DNA of 64,000 bases from Bacteroidia bacterium (GTDB lineage Bacteria; Bacteroidota; Bacteroidia; 2-12-FULL-35-15). The stretch covers positions 120,677 through 184,676 of the forward strand of contig JBJMLR010000001.1 of NCBI GenBank assembly GCA_045805205.1. Direction: 5' to 3'. The position numbers and the translations under genes were made by a program. The notes under the pieces are model-generated. The model was not told the origin of the DNA, ran no database searches, and saw only the letters and a program-made list of their open reading frames with translations. Shown one piece after another: positions 10,103-20,000 of this stretch. Position 1 is the first letter of the stretch, and every line of letters begins with the position of its first letter.

Positions 10103-10158
10103 TCGTTTAATGAGACTTGCATTCTTTTTGAATGCATTAGTCGAATTATCCCGAAGAA

Positions 10159-10539
10159 ATGAAATTTCAATACTTTATCATTTTCATTTTCTTATCTGCC
10201 GCTTTCCCAAGCTGCGCACAGGAAATAAAATTTAAAGAAACCAAAAAGAACTTTGGCTTTGTCCACGAAGGAGACACGGTATTGCTGAGCTATGAGCTGA
10301 AGAACGTAGGAGATCTTTCGCTGATCATTTCAGACTATGAAGTGGAGTGCGGCTGTACCGTTATGGAAAGGGTCCGGCATAGCATCGAGCCCGGAGAAAG
10401 CTATACGATCAAAGTATCTTTTGATACGCATGATAAATACGACCGGCAGGACCGGACAGTGAAGCTGATCTCCAACGCCACGAATTCCCCTACAGTAATC
10501 CGTTTCAAGGGCGTTGTGCTCAAACCCAAGAAAAAGTGA
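10159..10539 (+). CDS. DUF1573 domain protein, secreted
   Basis: Signal peptide; ECGCT motif in place of GSCGCT; divergent third paralogue. Confidence 0.5.
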   Translation: MKFQYFIIFIFLSAAFPSCAQEIKFKETKKNFGFVHEGDTVLLSYELKNVGDLSLIISDYEVECGCTVMERVRHSIEPGESYTIKVSFDTHDKYDRQDRTVKLISNATNSPTVIRFKGVVLKPKKK

Positions 10540-10596
10540 TTTTTTCCCGGCATTTACCTGTGAAATACTAATTTTGCAGGACTAATATTAAACACA

Positions 10597-11796
10597 ATGC
10601 CAAAAGTCTCTGCAAAAGGACAGGCGATGCCTTCCTCTCCCATTCGCAAACTGGTGCCCTTCGCTGAAGCCGCAAAGAAACGCGGAACAAAGATCTATCA
10701 CCTGAACATCGGTCAGCCGGATATTGAAACACCCCAGGTAATGCTGGATGCGATCAAAACCGCTGATATCAAAATTGTGGAGTACTCACACTCGGCAGGC
10801 ATCGAATCATACCGTAAAAAACTCGCTGAGTATTATGGCTTATTCAATATTAACATCGATTATAATGACATCATCATTACGACCGGCGGATCCGAAGCAA
10901 TTGCCATTGCGATGATGACCTGTTTTAATGAGGGTGATGAGATCATCATTCCCGAGCCGTTTTATGCTAATTACAATGGATTCTCCTGCGCTGCAGATGT
11001 AAAAGTAGTGCCGGTAAAATCATTCATCGAAAATGGATTTGCTCTTCCGCCGATTGCTGAATTTGAAAAGCTGATCACACCAAAAACAAAAGGGATCATG
11101 ATCTGCAACCCCGGAAACCCAACCGGGTATTTGTATTCACGTGAAGAGCTGGAATCACTGAAGCAGCTGGTTTTAAAATATGATCTGTTCCTGCTGAGCG
11201 ATGAGGTATATCGTGAATTCTGCTACGATGGAAAAGAATATGTTTCCGTCATGCACTTAAGCGGCATCGATAACAATGTTATTCTTCTGGATTCGATTTC
11301 GAAAAGATACAGTGCCTGCGGCGCACGGATCGGCGCGCTGATCTCCAGGAACAAGGACGTAATGAACACCGCAATGAAATTTGCGCAGGCACGTTTGAGC
11401 CCGCCTACATTCGGGCAGATCGGTGCGGAAGCTGCGCTGAAAACACCGAAAGAGTATTTCGATAAAGTTCAAAAAGAATATGTTTCCCGCCGCGATTTTG
11501 TCATCGATTCACTCAACAAGATGAACGGCGTATTTTGTCCGAAACCGAGCGGAGCATTTTATTGCATTGCACGCCTCCCGATCGATAATGCAGATACGTT
11601 CTGCCAATGGCTCCTTGAATCTTTCGAGCACGAAGGCCAGACGGTGATGCTGGCGCCGGCAACCGGATTCTATTCTACACCCGGAGCAGGGATCAATGAG
11701 GTCCGGCTTGCTTATGTATTAAACAAAGAAGCATTGAAAAATGCGATGGCATGTTTAGAAAAGGCATTGCAAATATACCCGGGAAAAACAGCTTAA
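10597..11796 (+). CDS. pyridoxal-phosphate-dependent aminotransferase, class I/II (aspartate/aromatic type)
   Basis: 399 aa; fold-type I aminotransferase pattern (SISKRYSACGARIG region with PLP-lysine context, NPGNPTG). Confidence 0.8.
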   Translation: MPKVSAKGQAMPSSPIRKLVPFAEAAKKRGTKIYHLNIGQPDIETPQVMLDAIKTADIKIVEYSHSAGIESYRKKLAEYYGLFNINIDYNDIIITTGGSEAIAIAMMTCFNEGDEIIIPEPFYANYNGFSCAADVKVVPVKSFIENGFALPPIAEFEKLITPKTKGIMICNPGNPTGYLYSREELESLKQLVLKYDLFLLSDEVYREFCYDGKEYVSVMHLSGIDNNVILLDSISKRYSACGARIGALISRNKDVMNTAMKFAQARLSPPTFGQIGAEAALKTPKEYFDKVQKEYVSRRDFVIDSLNKMNGVFCPKPSGAFYCIARLPIDNADTFCQWLLESFEHEGQTVMLAPATGFYSTPGAGINEVRLAYVLNKEALKNAMACLEKALQIYPGKTA

Positions 11797-11813
11797 ATTT
11801 TAATAACGGAATT

Positions 11814-13358
11814 ATGAAAAAATTATCATACCTGGTCATGGTGTGCCTGAACTTAAATGTTCTCGCTCAGGATGTTCAGCAAAGTTATATTCAGACGGAT
11901 AAAAATGTGGACAATTGCGGATTCGCAGGTGTGATCGGGAGTACATTTTATACTGTTACGAGGGATAAGAAAGCGAAGGAAGCCGGCTATTCCATTAATA
12001 GCAATTCGTGCGAAACGATGGAAATGAAAGAAAGTAAAGTGATCGTGAATGATGGCGTTAAGATGGGCAGTGATAACTGGAAAATTGTAAAGCTGGACGA
12101 CAGATTGGTATTGATCGTCACTGTCTGGAAACGGGATGCACCCAATGAGATCTATGCAAAAGTGATCGTGAATTCAAATAACGAGATCAATGCAGCGGGC
12201 CCCCTGACTCTTATTAAAGAATGGGAAAGCCCGGTCTATAACGGCAAGAAATTGACCCTGGGCTCCGAAATATTTATTGTCGGACCGCAAAGCAGCGACC
12301 CCGGCAATAAGGCTCTCGTGTACTACAAGAAGGATCGTCCGTTCAGTGTTAAGGATTACGATCTGAAAACAGACATCCTCAGTTTCGTTCTTATTGACAA
12401 GGATCTTAAAGTGTTCGATGATAAGATCACCGACTTTGAAGGTGAAAATATCCCTCTTGCGGAACCTCTTCTTGACCCCAAAGGAAATTTTTACGTGCTT
12501 CCAAAATCAGGAATTCTCGGAATGTATTCAAATGCCGAAGCGATCAACAGTGGTTATGTGTTTTGCTATAATTCCGGAAAGAAATCGATGATGAAGAAGA
12601 AAGATATTTTCAAAGCATCCTTTAAAAATGGGGAAATTGCATCTTCGATCCAGGATGCACGCGTGAAAGCAGATGGAACACTGGTGTACACCGGATTTTA
12701 TGATCCACAGCCAGGCAGCACAAATCAAGGCGGATTGTATATCGCTGAGCTTAATATGAATTCTGCGCCCGGAGTTTTTCACGCGCCGCTGTCGGATAAG
12801 GTATTTACCAGAAAATATGTCAGCGAAAAAAAGAATGTAGCTAATTACGGCGGTATCCTGGATGCCTTTATTGCAGGTGATCGTGTTGTTGTTCAGCAGC
12901 GGACCGTTGGATTGGATAAGAAAGGCATTACTTTGGAATCCGTGGGAATGGATTATGCTCTTTTTACAAAAGACGCAAACGCAGGATATACGTACGGAAA
13001 AACATACTCCTGCAACGTGGGAATGTACAAAACGACCAAGACGCTGCGGATGTCAACGCGCGATGCGATATCTCTGGCTCCATTATTTATGGAAGACGGG
13101 AATAAATTGCAGATGGTTTTTCTTTTGCAAAAGGAAGGATTCGGCTATGACAAGCTGGATGTAAAGCCCAAGGCATATTACGCCGTGGTGATGAACACTT
13201 TTGGAGCGGACGGAGAGATGACTACGAAATACTTGTATGATCTTGATCCTACTCAAAAAGGGGGGCCATCACCGGACGAATCGGTGAAAACAGGAGCACA
13301 TTCCTGGCTGATCACAGAAAGTTCTTTCCGGGGATTTCCGGTGAAACTTACATTTTAA
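11814..13358 (+). CDS. hypothetical secreted protein
   Basis: Start moved to MKKLSYLVMVCLNLNVLAQ signal peptide at 11814; no recognisable domain. Confidence 0.4.
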   Translation: MKKLSYLVMVCLNLNVLAQDVQQSYIQTDKNVDNCGFAGVIGSTFYTVTRDKKAKEAGYSINSNSCETMEMKESKVIVNDGVKMGSDNWKIVKLDDRLVLIVTVWKRDAPNEIYAKVIVNSNNEINAAGPLTLIKEWESPVYNGKKLTLGSEIFIVGPQSSDPGNKALVYYKKDRPFSVKDYDLKTDILSFVLIDKDLKVFDDKITDFEGENIPLAEPLLDPKGNFYVLPKSGILGMYSNAEAINSGYVFCYNSGKKSMMKKKDIFKASFKNGEIASSIQDARVKADGTLVYTGFYDPQPGSTNQGGLYIAELNMNSAPGVFHAPLSDKVFTRKYVSEKKNVANYGGILDAFIAGDRVVVQQRTVGLDKKGITLESVGMDYALFTKDANAGYTYGKTYSCNVGMYKTTKTLRMSTRDAISLAPLFMEDGNKLQMVFLLQKEGFGYDKLDVKPKAYYAVVMNTFGADGEMTTKYLYDLDPTQKGGPSPDESVKTGAHSWLITESSFRGFPVKLTF

Positions 13359-13428
13359 CAGCTCCGGATTTGCTTATTTCCTCAAAATCATTAATTTAGC
13401 GTTCCAATTTTAACCGGGTAGGGCTAAA

Positions 13429-14436
13429 ATGAACGCTTTCAGAAACTCCCTTTTCTTTAAAGTATCCGCAGTACTATTCTTGTCGGTTGTTTGCTTTTGC
13501 AGTAATGCCCGGGCAGGAGAACCTGTTGGCGGATCTAAAGACAGCACCAATACCATCCGGTCCGGAAGCATCGTAGCGAATATGAACCGTGAGCAGCTCG
13601 GCACACTGGTAGATCTTCTGTTCGAAATGGATACCATTCCTCCTGACCTGATGAAGGAGGTAAACAAGGCCATCGCTTTTTTTAATGCCGAAGATGAGCG
13701 TGAAGAAGCCCTGAATGCGATGAAGCCAACCATTCCGTCCTCTGATTTTTATTCCAGCTGGGAGATCAACAAGCTGTTCCCCGAAAAGGACATGCTTCAG
13801 CTGAAAGGAGATACATCTGTAACGCTTACCTTACGTGGAGGAGAGCGGGGAGAGTACTTTCATCCCTTCGATGGTCCGGTTACGTCCGGTTTTGGATGGC
13901 GCGACAGTGCCCAGCACAACGGGATCGATATTGACCTGAATAAAGGCGATAAGGTAGCCGCCGCATTTGACGGTATGGTCAGGATCGCGAAGCGGGAAGG
14001 AGGCTTCGGAAATGTGGTAATCATCCGTCACTACAACGGCCTGGAAACAGTGTACGGGCATCTTTCAAAATTAAAAGTAAAGCCGGGACAAGTAGTCGTA
14101 TCGGGTCAAACGATCGGGTTGGGAGGAAGCACCGGGCATTCAACAGGTTCCCACCTTCATTTTGAAGTTCGTTTTAAAGGAGTTCCGATCAATCCGAAAT
14201 ACCTCATTTCGTTCAGTGACGAAAAGTTACTCTGTGATGAGATCACGATCAGGAAAACAAAATGGGGCCTTGCGGCTTACCCGGAGGGACAAAAATGCTA
14301 TACGATTGAAAAAGGCGATACTATTTTCGAGATCGCGAAACGCTATGCAACCACCACTGCTTCGATAAAGCAAATGAATGGCTTCAGCGGCAAAATAAGG
14401 CTGAAGCCGGGGATGGTGATTAATGTTGTACAGTGA
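13429..14436 (+). CDS. M23 family metallopeptidase with C-terminal LysM domain
   Basis: HNGIDIDL ... GHSTGSHLHFEV (HxxxD / HxH M23 motifs); C-terminal YTIEKGDTIFEIAKRY ... LKPGMVINV LysM. Confidence 0.8.
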   Translation: MNAFRNSLFFKVSAVLFLSVVCFCSNARAGEPVGGSKDSTNTIRSGSIVANMNREQLGTLVDLLFEMDTIPPDLMKEVNKAIAFFNAEDEREEALNAMKPTIPSSDFYSSWEINKLFPEKDMLQLKGDTSVTLTLRGGERGEYFHPFDGPVTSGFGWRDSAQHNGIDIDLNKGDKVAAAFDGMVRIAKREGGFGNVVIIRHYNGLETVYGHLSKLKVKPGQVVVSGQTIGLGGSTGHSTGSHLHFEVRFKGVPINPKYLISFSDEKLLCDEITIRKTKWGLAAYPEGQKCYTIEKGDTIFEIAKRYATTTASIKQMNGFSGKIRLKPGMVINVVQ

Positions 14437-14737
14437 GGGAGATTTTGCCTATCAGGCGTTGTTCAGTTTTTTTAAGCATCTCATAAAAGCATCCCGCATC
14501 CCTTCGTACTGAGATTCCCGCCCGAGATTCTTGGTGCGATGCGCTTCATTGATCACTTCATTTACATGAACAAGCTGCTGATTGAGCCACTGAACTACTT
14601 CTTGTAATTGTTCCTGGTTCATCAGTTTTGTGTTTAGAGTTGATAATTCCTACGGCATGTTTATAAATTGGTTGCGCTATTTCGCTCAAAAGCGCTTTAT
14701 TTACCATCTTTGAGCCGGAAAAAAACGGTAATATTTA

Positions 14738-15391
14738 ATGTTTCGGGACTTTATAAGCAGGTTGGAGATCCGCCTTGGACAAGAGCTGCCGGGTGAAAGC
14801 GCTCAGTTCTCGATGGCTCCTTATTCCCGGAAGAGGATCAGCGAGATTTCCATGGAAAAATACAACCCGCGGCAAAGCGCTGTGCTCATTGTGCTTTTCC
14901 CTGAATCGGATTCCATACACACATTATTGATCCAGCGGCCGGAATATGAAGGTGTACATAGCGGCCAGATCGGCTTTCCGGGAGGAAAATTTGAAGAGGC
15001 CGATGGTGAGCTCCGGACAACAGCGCTGAGAGAGGCGTCAGAAGAGATCGGCATCGATCCGTCGGAAATAAAAGTGATCGGACATCTGACAGATCTTTAT
15101 ATCACACCGAGCAACTTTCTCGTGAGCCCTTTTGTCGGATTTGCTGCTTCCAGACCCGCTTTGCACCCGGATCTAAGAGAAGTGCAAAGGATCATCGAAG
15201 TGGATCTCTTTAAGCTGAACGACCCGGAAATAAAAGGAGAAAAAGTGATCAGCCACAGCAATGGCTTTAAAATAAAAACCCCCTATTACGAAATAGAGGG
15301 CTTAACAGTATGGGGCGCAACAGCAATGATGATCAGCGAGCTGAATGCCGTTGTTTCTGAGGTTATCGCTTCTTCACAAAATCCGTCATGA
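14738..15391 (+). CDS. NUDIX hydrolase, CoA pyrophosphatase-like
   Basis: Nudix box GQIGFPGGKFEEADGELRTTALREASEEIGI; NudL-like context. Confidence 0.65.
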   Translation: MFRDFISRLEIRLGQELPGESAQFSMAPYSRKRISEISMEKYNPRQSAVLIVLFPESDSIHTLLIQRPEYEGVHSGQIGFPGGKFEEADGELRTTALREASEEIGIDPSEIKVIGHLTDLYITPSNFLVSPFVGFAASRPALHPDLREVQRIIEVDLFKLNDPEIKGEKVISHSNGFKIKTPYYEIEGLTVWGATAMMISELNAVVSEVIASSQNPS

Positions 15392-16151
15392 CATTATCAT
15401 AACAGAGATAGTACGAACCTTTTTCAAGGTTTGCAATGTCGAGCTTATTACCGAAACCGCGCTTTACGACGTTTCCGTATGCATCAAATACCTCATACAT
15501 GGTTTCCGCAGAGAACTGAATAAAGTTTCCTGATTTATCCATCAAATACGTCGGTTGTCCGACAGCTGACACAAATGTCACGTCATTTGATTTTTTGGTT
15601 GCACCGCCGTATCCGACCTGCTTCACCCGGAACTTGTTTTCTCCTGAATGAGAAGTGGTCTGGAAAGAATACGCATTGTTATCCATTGCTCCTTTTCCGT
15701 CTACCTCGCCGACCGGGATCCACTTATTCCAGCGGAACTGCTCAACAACATAAGGCAAAGAGCCCATTTCATTTTTTGTCGACCAGCTTAATAATCCGTT
15801 CTTATCGATGTCAATATTCACAACATCAAAAGTTGCTTTTGGCTTCAGTGCTTCCGGGTTCAGTACTTTCGGGCTGCAGTCGTCTTTATGCTTGATCTCA
15901 ACAACAACAGGCGTTCCCGGCTTGATCTGGAAAGCAGCAAAATCGATCTCGAACGCGCTGGAGTTTACTTCATCGGTTGATGTTTTTCCATTGATCGTAA
16001 CTTCATAAGTACAGAAGCCCACGCCATTGCCCGCATAGCCATTCTGCACGTAAAGATTTTTGTCCTGGTATTTTCCTTCTATGACAATAATGCCGGCAAA
16101 TGAATTGCAGATGGTGAGCATTAACGCTGAAAAAAAGAGTAGTTTTTTCAT
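15363..16151 (-). CDS. hypothetical secreted protein, possible T9SS-type C-terminal tail
   Basis: Signal peptide MKKLLFFSALMLTICNSFA (ORF track begins 7 codons earlier at 16172); C-terminus YEVFDAYGNVVKRGFGNKLDIANLEKGSYYLCYDN resembles Por-secretion CTDs. Confidence 0.3.
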   Translation of the reverse strand: MKKLLFFSALMLTICNSFAGIIVIEGKYQDKNLYVQNGYAGNGVGFCTYEVTINGKTSTDEVNSSAFEIDFAAFQIKPGTPVVVEIKHKDDCSPKVLNPEALKPKATFDVVNIDIDKNGLLSWSTKNEMGSLPYVVEQFRWNKWIPVGEVDGKGAMDNNAYSFQTTSHSGENKFRVKQVGYGGATKKSNDVTFVSAVGQPTYLMDKSGNFIQFSAETMYEVFDAYGNVVKRGFGNKLDIANLEKGSYYLCYDNVMTDFVKKR

Positions 16152-16294
16152 TTTACTTATAAAAAATTTCAAATTCGTCTACAAATATATATAATTTATC
16201 GATGATATATGCAATACATCTAAACTAAATATTCATCGAATTTTCGTCGAATTAACCTTAATGTATTGATGGTCAGAGCTTTGTGTATGTTTGA

Positions 16295-16492
16295 TCAGGG
16301 AGCAAGCAAATGCTTAAGTTTGACGAGCCCGTACAATGCAAAGAAAACGAACAGCGAAAATAGCAGCACTTTATAGCTTCCTTTGAAAAATGCTTTGTTA
16401 CCTCCTTTGTCTTTACGATACGCCCAGATAATGCCGATCACAAAACAAATGAAGAACACAAGCGCAAAGATCAGCTGTCCCCTTGAAAACAT
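16295..16492 (-). CDS. small membrane protein, hypothetical
   Basis: 65 aa with two predicted TM helices; low confidence that it is expressed. Confidence 0.25.
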   Translation of the reverse strand: MFSRGQLIFALVFFICFVIGIIWAYRKDKGGNKAFFKGSYKVLLFSLFVFFALYGLVKLKHLLAP

Positions 16493-16579
16493 TCGATGGT
16501 ATTTAATTTTCTATTCGACATCAAAAGTACTAATTAATCATCGGGGAGTAGTATTTTTACGAAAAAAATATGCCGTTAT

Positions 16580-18703
16580 ATGCTGAGGCTTAAACCGCTT
16601 TTTTTGTTGGTGATTCTTTGTCTTCCGGGCTTTTTGTCCGCCGGAAAGCTCAGCAAAGGTTATGATGCGCTCCGGATCTACAACTACTTTGAAGCGAAGC
16701 GTATTTTTGAAAGATCTCTCAAAAAGGAAACTTCACCCGCGGCCTATGGACTCAGCATTATTTATTACAGGAACGACAATCCCTTCTCAAATATTGATAG
16801 TGCATACAAATATATTATTCTTGCCGATCAGCGTTTTGAAACCTTAAGTCCTAAAAATAAAACCGCTTATGCGGTCTTTGGTCTGAGCCGGACGTCGATC
16901 GATTCACTCAAAGACCTGGTTCACCGGAAAGCATTTGAGTTTTATAAGTCGCAGAACTCCATTGCCGCGCTCGATAAATTCATTCGCGTGTATGTAACCG
17001 CTCCGCAATGTTTTGATGCAACTCATCTTCGTAACAGCATGGCTTTCGCGGAAGCAAAAAAGATCGATACCTGGCAGGCTTACAAACAATTTATTGAAAC
17101 CTATCCTTTTGCAATGGAGCTGGAGGAAGCAGAAGCCAGGTATTACTTAACGATGTTCCAGAGCTCAACAAGGAACAATACGATCGAAGAATTTGAGAAG
17201 TTTATTTCCGACAATCCCAATAGTCCTTTTATCAGTGAAGCGGAAAACAGGATCTATGAGCTGGCAACAAAATCCGGAACCAAAGAAGACTATTTTGAGT
17301 TCATAAAGATGTATCCGAAAAACCATAACGTAGGAACAGCCTGGAAAATGCTTTACCTGGTAAGCACAATGGATTACAGCTATCCTGCGATCCATCACTT
17401 TAAGCAGATGTATCCGGAATATCCTTTTATGGATGAATTGAACACCGATCTCGAGCTTTCCCTGAGGCGATTGCTCCCGGTGAAAGAAAATGAGAAATGG
17501 GGGTTTGCAGATACGCTTGGTCACATCACGATCCCCTGCATTTATGAATGGGTGGAAAATTATTCCGGCGGACTTGCTGAATGCGGTCTGGGTGGAAAAG
17601 CCGGCTTTATTGATAAATCGGGGCGACTGGTTATTCCATTTCAGTACGAAGAGGTGGAAAAGTTCAGCAACGGAACAGCGGTTGTGCAGGAAAATAAAAA
17701 ATACGGGGTGATCAATAAACTCGGGAAGCTGATCGTGCCGTATGAATATGATGAGATCTCGGAATTCTCGGAAGGGCTTGCATCCGTTTCGCTTGGAGAC
17801 AAGTTCGGTTATATCGATACTCGCGGTGAGCTGGTTATTCCCATTGGCTTTACCAAAGCGGCGGATTTTTCAGAAGGACTCGCCGCTGTGGAAATGGGCG
17901 GGCAAACGGGCTACATCGATCACAATGGGAAGAGCGTGATTGGTTTTAAATATGACTGGGCCGATAATTTCCATGACGGACTTGCTAAAGTGAAGTCGCT
18001 GAAAAAGCTTGGGATCATTAACAAATCGGGCGACGTGATCATTCCCTGCGAATACGATATCCTTGGTGATTTTTCGGAAGATGCGATCCTTCTTGTGAAA
18101 GATCAGAAATACGGCTTTGCGGACAGAAGCGGGAAGATCATCATCCCCATGGAATTTGATTACGGCGGCGAGCTGTGGATGCCGCTTTCATTTTACGAAG
18201 GAGTAACTGTTGCGCAAAAAGGAAACAAGCAGGGATTGATCGATAAGTCAGGAAAATACATTACGGCAAAAGATTTTGATCACATCGAAGCATTTCATGA
18301 AGGCCTGGCGCCGGTGATGAAAAAAGATAAATGGGGTTATATTGATCAAAAGCAGAAGCTGCAGATCCCTTATTCATTTCAGTCCGTTGATCATTTTCAC
18401 GATTGCCTCGCAAGAGTTGAAAAAAATGAAAAGTATGGCTTTATCAATAAGAGCGGAAAGCTGGTAGCGGATTATATTTACGATGGTGCCGAAGATTTTG
18501 ATAAGCTCGGAAACGGATTTTGTGCGGTAGTAAAAGATGATCTCAGCGGACTTATAGATGCATCAGGGGCTTTGGTTATTCCCTGTGAGATGGAAACGAT
18601 CGAGAAGATCAGTCCGACAACATTGAAGTTTGAAAGAAACGATAAGCTTGCTTATTTTAATATGCCAGGCAGAACCTATATCTGGAAGGAAGAAGGATTT
18701 TAG
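16580..18703 (+). CDS. WG repeat-containing protein (KWG/WG beta-repeats)
   Basis: At least 12 repeats of the form (K/E)(W/F/Y)G(F/Y/V)ID..G..VIP; N-terminal signal peptide. Confidence 0.7.
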   Translation: MLRLKPLFLLVILCLPGFLSAGKLSKGYDALRIYNYFEAKRIFERSLKKETSPAAYGLSIIYYRNDNPFSNIDSAYKYIILADQRFETLSPKNKTAYAVFGLSRTSIDSLKDLVHRKAFEFYKSQNSIAALDKFIRVYVTAPQCFDATHLRNSMAFAEAKKIDTWQAYKQFIETYPFAMELEEAEARYYLTMFQSSTRNNTIEEFEKFISDNPNSPFISEAENRIYELATKSGTKEDYFEFIKMYPKNHNVGTAWKMLYLVSTMDYSYPAIHHFKQMYPEYPFMDELNTDLELSLRRLLPVKENEKWGFADTLGHITIPCIYEWVENYSGGLAECGLGGKAGFIDKSGRLVIPFQYEEVEKFSNGTAVVQENKKYGVINKLGKLIVPYEYDEISEFSEGLASVSLGDKFGYIDTRGELVIPIGFTKAADFSEGLAAVEMGGQTGYIDHNGKSVIGFKYDWADNFHDGLAKVKSLKKLGIINKSGDVIIPCEYDILGDFSEDAILLVKDQKYGFADRSGKIIIPMEFDYGGELWMPLSFYEGVTVAQKGNKQGLIDKSGKYITAKDFDHIEAFHEGLAPVMKKDKWGYIDQKQKLQIPYSFQSVDHFHDCLARVEKNEKYGFINKSGKLVADYIYDGAEDFDKLGNGFCAVVKDDLSGLIDASGALVIPCEMETIEKISPTTLKFERNDKLAYFNMPGRTYIWKEEGF

Positions 18704-18743
18704 GAGGGAAAGGGAAAAGGAAAATGTGAAAAGCCCATTTTAC

Positions 18744-19631
18744 CTAGATCTTCAGCTTTTGTCCGAGGCGCAGTGTTGTAGTACTTTTGATCCCGTTTTT
18801 CTTGCAGATCGCAGTTGTCGTAGTGCCATATCTTTTCGCGATCGCCGAAAGTGTATCTCCTCTCCTCACCACGTAAATTCCTTTTTTTCCTTTTGAATTA
18901 GCGGCTGTTTTAGCAGCTGCTTTTTTTGCCTCGGCTACATATTTGAAGGTTTCCTGGCTGAGGCAAAAGGTATTTGAAAGAAGCTGGCCATTGTCAAATG
19001 AAATGATCTCGGTCGGATCGATCGGCTGTCCCAGGTAACGGATCTCGAAGTGCAAATGGCTGCCGTGTGAATGCCCTGTATTGCCGCCCAGCCCGATCAC
19101 ATCGCCTGCAAGCACTTCCTGTCCGGGAACCACATCAAGCTTCGACAGGTGTGCATAATACGTTTCAAGTCCGTTGCTGTGACGGATCACGATCACATTC
19201 CCATAGCTTTTGCTTTTCTTCGCGATGCGCACCCGCCCGTCAAACGCCGCACTTACGGAATCTCCGGTCTCCAGGTCGATATCGACACCATAATGAAATC
19301 GTCTTTTCCTCGGGCCGAATTTAGAGGTTACTTTCCCTGAGAACGGATGTACATATCCACAGCTGCCGGCGTTGTATAGCGTTACTTCGCGCATGCTGTC
19401 TTTCATTGTCTTGATGTCAAATTTTGGATAATGGATATTCGTCGTGTCCCAATTACAATAAAGTCCGGAAGATGGAAATGCGATCAGGGAGTCGTCGTAA
19501 TCCAATACTTCGTCCTCTTCAAATATAGAAGGGACAGTATCTGTCGAGGGCGTAGTGTTTGTCTGCGATCGCAGGTTCGCGTAAGAGAAAGTGAAAGAAA
19601 AAAGGGAGATTATAAAAAGAATTCGTTTCAT
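18744..19631 (-). CDS. M23 family metallopeptidase with C-terminal LysM domain (paralogue of 13429..14436)
   Basis: HYGVDIDL ... GHSHGSHLHFEI M23 motifs; C-terminal IYVVRRGDTLSAIAKRYGTT ... LRLGQKLKI LysM. Confidence 0.8.
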   Translation of the reverse strand: MKRILFIISLFSFTFSYANLRSQTNTTPSTDTVPSIFEEDEVLDYDDSLIAFPSSGLYCNWDTTNIHYPKFDIKTMKDSMREVTLYNAGSCGYVHPFSGKVTSKFGPRKRRFHYGVDIDLETGDSVSAAFDGRVRIAKKSKSYGNVIVIRHSNGLETYYAHLSKLDVVPGQEVLAGDVIGLGGNTGHSHGSHLHFEIRYLGQPIDPTEIISFDNGQLLSNTFCLSQETFKYVAEAKKAAAKTAANSKGKKGIYVVRRGDTLSAIAKRYGTTTTAICKKNGIKSTTTLRLGQKLKI

Positions 19632-19892
19632 ACATTAAGCTTTTGACATCCCGCCTCTTTGAGGAATGGCTCTGCTCAATGCAAATGATCAGGCAGAGAG
19701 CACAAAGGATGTGTTCATTTGTAATTCAGGAAAGTATGTACTATCAGGATCCATATTAATTTTAAGGATATGCAAAGATGTATATTTTTTTGAATTATGC
19801 AAGTGTTAATATTTGTTAAGCAGTTTTTTCTTGTTCACACTGATTTTTTAGAACGCTTTGAAATCTATGTGCTGATGAGTTCTGTATGTTTA

Positions 19893-20000
19893 AAAATTAA
19901 CACATAGGAACATAGATTGCACAAGCACATAGTATTGATCTTTTGAATTCTTTGTTCCCATGTGTCTATGTGCTTAAAAAATCATCACATAGGAACATCC
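19893..20000. repeat. direct-repeat / inverted-repeat element between the ccp 3' end and the M23 promoter
   Basis: Two ~23-nt direct repeats aaaaat(t/c)a(a/t)cacataggaacat flank a perfect 10-bp inverted repeat aagcacatag ... ctatgtgctt (19924-19933 / 19966-19975). Confidence 0.5.
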
